NCBI GenBank assembly: GCA_005191425.1
Contig: SUPR01000048.1
Span: forward strand, 1-25,323
Length of the DNA: 25,323 bases
Source: Candidatus Helarchaeota ASGARD archaeon Hel_GB_B
Lineage (GTDB): Archaea > Asgardarchaeota > Lokiarchaeia > Helarchaeales > HEL-GB-B
Direction of reading: 5' to 3'
Part shown: positions 18,229 through 25,323 of the stretch, piece after piece
How the letters are laid out: the number at the start of each line of letters is the position of its first letter
Numbering within the stretch: position 1 is the stretch's first letter
Made by a program: the position numbers and the translations under genes
The notes under the pieces: model-generated
Seen by the model: the letters and a program-made list of their open reading frames with translations, nothing else
Database searches by the model: none
What the model was told of the DNA's origin: nothing

Positions 18229-19386
18229 TCAATCTTGGATAATTTTTGTATTACGCCCGAGTCCGACCGAAATAATATATGATGGATCAATTTTTTGAGG
18301 GATAAAATTATGGTCAATCCTAAGATAATATCCTTTAAAAGCATCATGCTCGTCAATACCTAAATCTTCTAAATGTATTTTATGCCCACTAGTCTTGAAA
18401 TGATAAGTACCATTTTCTTTAAAATTTTTGATTAAATCGCGTGATGAAATCAAGCTTTGGATAGGAAATTCGATACCACTTTCCCATTGTTTAATGAAAG
18501 CCGATTCATAGACCTCAGGCATATCATTTTTTAGCCAATTTAAGATTATATCTTCAATATGATTTATAAATAATTTATTACCAGTCCAAGCCCCCCAGCG
18601 TTTTGCAAATTTCCGACGACCTGCATTTATAAGGGCATTAATAAGAGGTGGCCAAGGTATAAAATTAAACCAATAATCGTTGAGATTATAAAATTTTTTG
18701 AATGCAGTGGCAAATCCATCCCACATCTGACAATAAGCGGCATAATTGGATAGTTCCAAGATTGCATTTATGGCACCCGAGATATAAATATTTGCTATGT
18801 GATATGTCGAATTGCGCCAGTTTGGAGTCCGTTCATTCCGAATGTCTTTTAAAATAGACATCATATAATGCGCACTTTGAGTTAAATTTTTTGATTTTTT
18901 AGGGATATCTTTAAGTTTATAACCGAGTTTTAAATGCCTACGTTCAAGTAATTCATCGTATGAATTTACAAACCACCAATTGACAGGAATTCCATCCTCA
19001 AGATGACAATTTAGGATAAAAATAGTTTCAAGGCTTTCGTCATCAATAATAACAAAAGTACAATCAACAGAATCTCCAAATAAAAGTCTCATCGTCCCTT
19101 GTTGAGTATCAGACCGAATTGCAACAATTGGTGGAAACAAAGTATAGGTTAGCACTCGCCACGGTTTTTTAATCTTGCCGTCAATAACATCTTTTGCAGT
19201 CAGGATAGCCTCATTAAGTCTGTTCTTAAGTAATTTATAGACTATTTCGGAACCAATTAAAGTACTCTTTTGTTTATTCCAGTAATTTATACCATATTCT
19301 TGAAAAAGCTTCCAGAAAGTCCTGCCAAGCGGCCAAAATGGCTTTGTCCTTATGGAATCAGGTATATCGCCATATGTAAAGACCAT
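18229..19386 (-). CDS. Soluble hypothetical protein
   Basis: 385-aa open frame with globular, Trp-rich composition (FPPIVAIRSDTQQGTMRLLFG; LNCHLEDGIPVNWW); no function assignable. Confidence 0.85.
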   Translation of the reverse strand: MVFTYGDIPDSIRTKPFWPLGRTFWKLFQEYGINYWNKQKSTLIGSEIVYKLLKNRLNEAILTAKDVIDGKIKKPWRVLTYTLFPPIVAIRSDTQQGTMRLLFGDSVDCTFVIIDDESLETIFILNCHLEDGIPVNWWFVNSYDELLERRHLKLGYKLKDIPKKSKNLTQSAHYMMSILKDIRNERTPNWRNSTYHIANIYISGAINAILELSNYAAYCQMWDGFATAFKKFYNLNDYWFNFIPWPPLINALINAGRRKFAKRWGAWTGNKLFINHIEDIILNWLKNDMPEVYESAFIKQWESGIEFPIQSLISSRDLIKNFKENGTYHFKTSGHKIHLEDLGIDEHDAFKGYYLRIDHNFIPQKIDPSYIISVGLGRNTKIIQD

Positions 19387-19824
19387 AAATTGGATTTCGA
19401 GAATTTTTATTTAATTTTTTTTATTCAAAAGTTTTCAATTTCAATAGGTAAACTCAAAAATTTTATTAAGATTTTCCATAGAAATTTTTTAAGATTATTG
19501 AGAAAGAAATAAAATTTGATAATCTATAAAATAAATTGTTATTTATTGTCTAATAACATTCATAATAATGCCACCTTTAAAGATACCTGAACCGCTAATT
19601 TAATTAAACAATATTTTTATCTATTATCCCTAAAATTATTGCCAATGCCTTATTTGTTATAACTCTAATTTCCTTATCTAATTTTTTAATATCGGCTAAT
19701 ACTTAATTTATCAATGTAATAATGTATAAAAAACATAAAAAATTTTTAAGTAATGATGTAAACTAATATTTTTAGTTTTTATTTAAAAGGATAAACTATG
19801 AAATTTTAATTAAGGTAATTAATA

Positions 19825-20877
19825 ATGTGTGAATTATTAGGTATGTCTTTTAACACACCCGTAAACCCAGATATATCATTTAAAGCATTCCGAAAAAGAG
19901 GAGCTAATAACCCAGATGGGTGGGGACTTGCATTTTATCCAGATAAAAGTGCTCGAATTTTTAAAGAACCGATTATAGCAACTGAAAGTCTTTTATCAGA
20001 TTTTATCAAAAAATACCATGAAATAAAATCAAGAATAATAATAGGCCATGTTAGGTTGACAAGCGTAGGGACTGTTTGTTATGAGAATACCCACCCGTTT
20101 TCAAGAGAATTAAATGGTAGAGAATTCGTTTTTGCACATAATGGGACAATATTCAACTGGAATAGATTAGAATTAGGCAGATTTAAACCAATTGGAGAAA
20201 CAGACTCAGAACATATCTTTTGCTACCTTTTATCTAAGATTGAAGAAAAAAAAATTAAAGAGTGGAACAGAGAAAATTTTGAATGGCTAAATAAAATGCT
20301 GTTGGAAATTAATAGTTATGGCTCATTTAATTGTATCTTCTCAGAAGGCAAATTTTTATTTTGTTATCATGATTTAAATGGGTTCAAAGAACTGAAATTT
20401 GTAAAACGAGAATCTCCTTATCCAACAATTAAATTATATGACGAAGACTACGAAATAAATTTGGCAGAAAATAAATCAATAGGTCAATATGGATATATAA
20501 TAGCCTCAAAAAATTTAACAAATGAAATTTGGATTGATTTTAAACCAGGTGAACTCATTATTTTTAAAAATGGACAGATCGTTTATTCAAATCAACATGA
20601 CATTTCTAAATTTCAAAAGTCGTCCCTGACAGACCTTGAAAAGGAAATATTAGAATTTATTAGAAAGAGTCAGCATAAGGTAAAATTAAAAATATTGATT
20701 GAAAATTTAGGGTGGCAAGAGGAAGAGATTAAGTTTTCAATAAATTATTTGATTTGTAATAATTATATATGCCAAGACAGTCGCGATAATGTAAAATGGT
20801 ATCATGAAGATGCAACATTTTATACTAATCCAGAAAAACGGCCAGAAATTGACGAATTAATTAATAATGAAAATTGA
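19825..20877 (+). CDS. Class II glutamine amidotransferase (YafJ/EgtC-like Ntn hydrolase) with C-terminal winged-helix extension
   Basis: MCELLG (nucleophile Cys2), NPDGWG, GHVR, NTHPF, FAHNG, GETDSE. Extra ~85 aa LTDLEKEILEFIRKSQHKVKLKILIENLGWQEEEIKFSINYLICNNYI. Confidence 0.92.
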   Translation: MCELLGMSFNTPVNPDISFKAFRKRGANNPDGWGLAFYPDKSARIFKEPIIATESLLSDFIKKYHEIKSRIIIGHVRLTSVGTVCYENTHPFSRELNGREFVFAHNGTIFNWNRLELGRFKPIGETDSEHIFCYLLSKIEEKKIKEWNRENFEWLNKMLLEINSYGSFNCIFSEGKFLFCYHDLNGFKELKFVKRESPYPTIKLYDEDYEINLAENKSIGQYGYIIASKNLTNEIWIDFKPGELIIFKNGQIVYSNQHDISKFQKSSLTDLEKEILEFIRKSQHKVKLKILIENLGWQEEEIKFSINYLICNNYICQDSRDNVKWYHEDATFYTNPEKRPEIDELINNEN

Positions 20878-21022
20878 ACAAATTAGAAACACTAATTTTT
20901 TAGTTGTTTTTTAATTTTAACTAAAAACAGGAAAAATTTAGATGAATCTTTTTTATTTAATTATTTAACATGAAATATATTATCTATTTTGCATTATTAA
21001 ATAATTAGTGTAAATATTCTAG

Positions 21023-22360
21023 TTAAGATAAGTTAAAACGCTTCATTAAGATAGATTTTACAGTTTTATAGTCTTTAGAAAATGTTTTTAAAATAGACCA
21101 CCAGCAAAATATTCCAGGGATCATAAAGAGCATTCCAATAGTCATTGCAATTGATAAATTTTGCCCAGTTATCTCAAAGAATATCCCAACGAGTAATGGA
21201 CCTAAAGAGCCACCAAGTTCTTCAACAAATCTGTTAATTGCAAAGACAGAGCCACGGGTCTCAGGAAGGTTGATTTTATTGATAATAGGAGGCTGGTTAG
21301 AGTCGTAAATTGCTGATAAGAAAATACCAATTGAAAATAGACAAATAAAAATCATTAAACTGGAATTAGTAAACGCTAATTGTAAGGAATCGGTAGAAAT
21401 AATTGGACTAATCGGTATCCAAAAAATAAATATAAAAAATGGAGTCGTTATAGTGAATTCAAGCGCAATTAGTAATATTCTTGCTTTTATATATTTTCTT
21501 TCAAGAAAATCTCCAATTCTACTCCAAAAATAATTACCTATTAATTGAGAAGGAAAAATAAAAATTAGCATTAAAATACTGATTATTATAGGAGTTAAAT
21601 GTGAAGGGCTCTCTATTAAAAATGGGTATAAATAAGTGGTTATTATTGATATCCCCAAAATAGAAAAAATACCTTCAACAAAAATCAAAATATTAGTCTT
21701 ATTTTTCAAGATACCTATAAACGAATCCCAATTTATTTTATAGCTATATGTTGAGCGATTTTCGTTATTAACATTTCCTAACACATTATTTCCTAATTTA
21801 AATTGGCTTCCTTTGAAAATATATAAAAATAATAAAATTGAAATCAAAAATGAAGCTATCAAAAATGGATATTTCCAATATGGGGAAAAAAAACTACCAG
21901 CTAAAATTCCAAATAGAAAACCAATAGCCACAAAATTCGAAGTCCAACCATAAGTCTTTCCAGATTCTTGACTTGAAACTGCATCACCAATTATAGCTTG
22001 TGCTACCGGTATAAATCCCCCTGATCCAATTCCTAAAAATAATTCTCCAATTAACAGAAAATAAAAATTAATAGAAATCGTTAATAGAATAAGTCCAATA
22101 TCCCAAAAAAATAATGAAATAATTAATGCTTTTTTTCGGGTTATTCTATCGGCTAATGTCCCAAATATTAAACAAGCAACTGATGAACCACCCATCTGGA
22201 ATGTGATTAATAAACTAATTTCGAATGCATGGAATATACCAACTCCAAAATAATAATTAGAAATTATTGTTAGATTGGGTAAAATTATTGTTCTAGAAAA
22301 TTCTTTGATAAAAAATCCAAAAATAATAAGCCAAATCGTAAATTTTTTTTCTACCAACAT
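21023..22360 (-). CDS. Major facilitator superfamily transporter
   Basis: About 12 TM segments; motif A GTLADRITRKK; GIGSGG...IIGD; second-half motif SRIGDFLERK; PETRGSVFA. Confidence 0.93.
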   Translation of the reverse strand: MLVEKKFTIWLIIFGFFIKEFSRTIILPNLTIISNYYFGVGIFHAFEISLLITFQMGGSSVACLIFGTLADRITRKKALIISLFFWDIGLILLTISINFYFLLIGELFLGIGSGGFIPVAQAIIGDAVSSQESGKTYGWTSNFVAIGFLFGILAGSFFSPYWKYPFLIASFLISILLFLYIFKGSQFKLGNNVLGNVNNENRSTYSYKINWDSFIGILKNKTNILIFVEGIFSILGISIITTYLYPFLIESPSHLTPIIISILMLIFIFPSQLIGNYFWSRIGDFLERKYIKARILLIALEFTITTPFFIFIFWIPISPIISTDSLQLAFTNSSLMIFICLFSIGIFLSAIYDSNQPPIINKINLPETRGSVFAINRFVEELGGSLGPLLVGIFFEITGQNLSIAMTIGMLFMIPGIFCWWSILKTFSKDYKTVKSILMKRFNLS

Positions 22361-22549
22361 TAATTTACCTACTTAATTCAAGAATTGAAATTATTCTAAT
22401 AAAAATTTTTATAATTTGATTTTAATTCCATCTGATAAATTCTCGTGCTATCTTCCTTTGATTATATTAAAGCCCAAATAATTAAATACCAAACGAAATT
22501 TACATTATTTAACAAATACTAATAATCTTTTTTACCTTATTGATAAAAA

Positions 22550-23443
22550 TTATATCAGAAATATTCCATTAATAATTAGTCTGATTCCAATATAAATATA
22601 GACAATAGCTAATAGAATTTTAAATTTCTTGGGTGATATTTTTCTTGTTAATATAGACCCAAACTGGGCAAAAATTATACTTGATATTCCTATTCCTAGA
22701 AATGCCAATAAATTAAACCATCCAACCGAAAATATTGGATATTGAGATGCATTAATTATTGAATCATTATACCCTAAAATAAGAAAAGAAATAAAACCAA
22801 TAGACGAGCCTACAACCATAGTAGCCAAAGACATTGTAACAGCAGTTTGAATTGGAATTTCTAAAAGTGTATTAAGAACTGAGAGATAAATTATACCGCC
22901 ACCAATACCAATAAAATGCGCCAGAAAACCAGACGAAAATCCAGATGTATAACTTTTAATTTTATGTAGTTCTGGTAGCGAATTAATAGGTTTGGGTTTA
23001 GTGGATACATAATTATAAGCCCCAATTATACAATAAATACCATATAATGTCTTCAAAATTAACCCGGCTTGAGCCCGAAAATTTGAAAATAATATAAAAG
23101 CAAAAATTGCACCCGTTAAACTTCCAAGTCCAACAGGTATCGCAAAATTTAAATAATGAATATACGGGAATTTTAAATCATTCTTTTTTGTTTCTTTAAT
23201 GTGTTTATAAACACCACTTAATGCAGTAGGTACTACAATCGCCATATTTGTCCCAAAAGCAACAAACGGAGATATCTGGGGAGAAGCACCCATAAAAGTC
23301 TCAAAACAAAACATCATTACAGGCGCCATTATAAAAGACCCACCAACACCAAAAAAAGAACTTGTCAACCCAACTGCTATCCCAGTAATAACCATTATTC
23401 CTAAAATAATAAAAATATTCTCGAATACCAATTTATTAACCAT
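22550..23443 (-). CDS. Sulfite exporter TauE/SafE (TSUP) family membrane protein
   Basis: Repeated SSFFGVGGSFIMAP and AHFIGIGGGIIYLS motifs; A.GT / AVTMSLA; QFGSILTRKISPKKFKILL. Confidence 0.92.
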   Translation of the reverse strand: MVNKLVFENIFIILGIMVITGIAVGLTSSFFGVGGSFIMAPVMMFCFETFMGASPQISPFVAFGTNMAIVVPTALSGVYKHIKETKKNDLKFPYIHYLNFAIPVGLGSLTGAIFAFILFSNFRAQAGLILKTLYGIYCIIGAYNYVSTKPKPINSLPELHKIKSYTSGFSSGFLAHFIGIGGGIIYLSVLNTLLEIPIQTAVTMSLATMVVGSSIGFISFLILGYNDSIINASQYPIFSVGWFNLLAFLGIGISSIIFAQFGSILTRKISPKKFKILLAIVYIYIGIRLIINGIFLI

Positions 23444-23746
23444 TACTTAATTCTATTATTTTATTTGATTTATTCAAGTGTATCTGAATTCTACAACTTG
23501 TGATTCTTTTATAATTTTTATGCAAATTTTTGATATTGATTTAATCTACAAATTAAAATTAAAAAAGAATTAGACATTAAATCTAAAAGTTTTTGAATTA
23601 TAATTTTAATGAACTACATTAATACATTTATTTTCTTATTGATTTTATCAAAAATCTATCAAATTATAACAACTATCTTACCCAACTTTTATATAATAAG
23701 TCTATTTCTCTAAAATCCAAAAATCGTTTTAAAATAAGATATTGAG

Positions 23747-23788
23747 AAAGTTTAGGTTATTCGGAACTGTTGAATGAATCTAAACTTT
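23747..23788. promoter_or_regulatory. Imperfect inverted repeat in a divergent intergenic region
   Basis: AAAGTTTAG (23747-23755) pairs with CTAAACTTT (23780-23788); the stem extends inward through GTT/AAT and ATTC/GAAT around a 9-nt loop. Confidence 0.4.
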
Positions 23789-23921
23789 TATATATTTAAT
23801 AAATTTATTTTTTTCCACAAAAATTTGAAAAATATAAACTAATTAATATGTAAAAAATCCCAAATCAAATTCTATATATATCGATATTAAAGTTTTTTTA
23901 AAAGATATCTATTATAGAGTT

Positions 23922-23928
23922 GAGGAGG
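23922..23928 (+). promoter_or_regulatory. Shine-Dalgarno-like GAGGAGG ahead of ATG 23940
   Basis: Sits 11 nt upstream of ATG 23940; a TTTTTAAAAG TATA-like tract lies about 25 bp further upstream. Confidence 0.5.
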
Positions 23929-23945
23929 CGAGTTAATAAATGAAT

Positions 23946-23979
23946 AATATTTTAAAAAAGAAATATTTTAAAAAAGAAA
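23946..23979. repeat. Exact 16-bp tandem duplication (TATTTTAAAAAAGAAA x2)
   Basis: 23948-23963 is identical to 23964-23979; the period-16 identity extends from 23946. Confidence 0.9.
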
Positions 23980-23988
23980 AAGGTACAA

Positions 23989-25323
23989 ATGTTTTTCACG
24001 ATTTTTTTATTTATTTTTATCATAAATAGTCTAATATTTATAGCATTAAACATTTCTACATTTAGAGAGTTAAAGACGTCCACAAAAGTAAACATAAACT
24101 CCATGACAAGTCAGTCTGTAGTATATAATGTTATCTGGGGCGGAACTGGATATGATGATGGAATTGATATTGAAGTATTTAATGATACATATATTTATGT
24201 CGTAGGATCAATAGAGTATGGAGCAGGTTTGAAGGACATTCTACTTATTAAGTATTATAAAAATGGGACTAAAATATGGAATACCACTTGGGGTGGAATA
24301 TACGAGGACGTGGGCGATAGTATTATGTTTGACCCTATGGGAAATATCTATGTTTCAGGATATACTAATAGTTACGGCGCTGGCGATTTTGATTTCGCTC
24401 TTGTCAAATTTTATCCTAATGGAACTAAAGCTTGGAATACTACTTGGGGCGGTGCCCTTGAAGATAGGGGACTCGATATTACCTATGAGAGCAATGGTTA
24501 TATTTATTATATTGGACTAACAAAAAGTTTTGGAGCAGGTAATTCAGATATAGCTTTAGTAGTATTTGATTTAAATGGTACTAGATTAGGAAATCTAACG
24601 TGGGGTGGACCAAATGATGATTATGGATATAAAATATTATTAGATAGTAATGGATCTATATACATGATCGGGACAACGTATAGCCAGGGTGCTGGTCTTG
24701 CAGATTATTTGCTGATCAAGCTTGATTCTTCAGGAACGGAATTATGGAATATCACTTGGGGTGGAATATATCGAGATTATGGAATTAGCGGGATATTAGA
24801 TACTATGGGAAATATTTATATTATAGGCTATACTTTCAGTTATGGGGCAGGAAATACAGATTTCGGACTTGTTAAGTTTTATCCAAATGGGACTAAGGCT
24901 TGGAATACCACTTGGGGCGGAAAATTCCACGAAGTTGGATTTGACATAGTCTTAGACGAGAATGGAAATATTATTACTACAGGTTATACAAATAGCTCGG
25001 GTGCAGGTGATAAAGATGTTTCAATTGTTAAATTTAAATCAGATGGAGATTTAATCTTGAACATTACTTGGGGCGGTGCTCTTGAAGATGTCGGTTCAGG
25101 TATCACATCAAATGACGGTTATGTTTATTCCGCTGGTTATACGGAGAATTTTGGCGCAAATAACGAAGACTTAGCTTTAATTAAATTTGATCTGATAAAA
25201 CCATGGTCAAATCACCCTTTAGACGCAATATATGCAATGGGAATACCAGCAAATATTACATGGGTTTTATATGATGACCATATAAGTGGTTCATATAGTA
25301 TTTTCTTGAACGGTATTAAATAC
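23989..25323 (+). CDS. Secreted/surface protein with a 7-blade beta-propeller (SBBP-like WGG repeats) and the start of an Ig-like domain; 3'-partial, absent from the ORF track
   Basis: Frame is open from ATG 23989 to the window end. Hydrophobic MFFTIFLFIFIINSLIFIAL; WGG Trp codons at 24136, 24289, 24445, 24601, 24757, 24913 and 25069 (52-aa period) with DxxGNIYxxGxTxSxGAGxxD. Then PWSNHPLDAIY...ITWVLYD. Confidence 0.92.
   Translation, partial: MFFTIFLFIFIINSLIFIALNISTFRELKTSTKVNINSMTSQSVVYNVIWGGTGYDDGIDIEVFNDTYIYVVGSIEYGAGLKDILLIKYYKNGTKIWNTTWGGIYEDVGDSIMFDPMGNIYVSGYTNSYGAGDFDFALVKFYPNGTKAWNTTWGGALEDRGLDITYESNGYIYYIGLTKSFGAGNSDIALVVFDLNGTRLGNLTWGGPNDDYGYKILLDSNGSIYMIGTTYSQGAGLADYLLIKLDSSGTELWNITWGGIYRDYGISGILDTMGNIYIIGYTFSYGAGNTDFGLVKFYPNGTKAWNTTWGGKFHEVGFDIVLDENGNIITTGYTNSSGAGDKDVSIVKFKSDGDLILNITWGGALEDVGSGITSNDGYVYSAGYTENFGANNEDLALIKFDLIKPWSNHPLDAIYAMGIPANITWVLYDDHISGSYSIFLNGIKY

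Noticed and set aside
1349-24520. Short tracked ORFs nested antisense or overlapping larger genes (e.g. 1349, 1899, 3726, 4204, 6586, 8443, 8744, 11115, 11403, 12003, 12960, 13770, 15554, 16651, 19270, 24263), plus free-standing 10387 and 10863
   Set aside because: Typical shadows in AT-rich DNA or low-complexity frames with alternative starts and no motifs.
11086-25323. Diversity-generating retroelement acting on LRR or propeller repeats
   Set aside because: No reverse transcriptase. The closest DNA repeats (24403 vs 24871 segments) differ by synonymous, non-adenine-specific changes.
1-25323. CRISPR array, tRNA or rRNA
   Set aside because: No repeat-spacer periodicity and no GC-rich structured segments seen; the 156-nt and 69-nt periodicities are protein repeats.

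Overview
AT-rich archaeal-type accessory region. The gene families (capped LRR proteins, a WGG beta-propeller/Ig-like surface protein, DUF1616) suggest Asgard archaea (Loki/Hel-like); this is an inference. No rRNA, tRNA or CRISPR array was seen. The main candidate system is a tightly linked pair at 5891-9082: a C2H2 (U1/matrin-like) zinc finger-coiled coil-winged helix protein, followed by an 845-aa protein with a P-loop AAA+/STAND-like ATPase, an Mrr-like PD-(D/E)xK nuclease, a Pro/Thr linker and a winged helix. Nearby are other genes with conflict-type domains: a Pycsar-effector-like membrane protein paired with a B-box-like zinc finger, a nucleoside hydrolase, two LRR ORFs in one frame separated by a single TAA, and a PIN-domain protein. 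The region also holds many decayed genes (IS5/IS4-like transposase, GT4 fragment, frameshifted glycoside-hydrolase-like gene, a small membrane gene with one nonsense codon). The right third is more housekeeping-like (YafJ-like amidotransferase with a winged helix, MFS, TauE/SafE). It ends in a partial 7-blade propeller surface protein whose signal peptide is shifted out of frame by an exact 16-bp tandem duplication. All family calls come from motif reading, not database searches.
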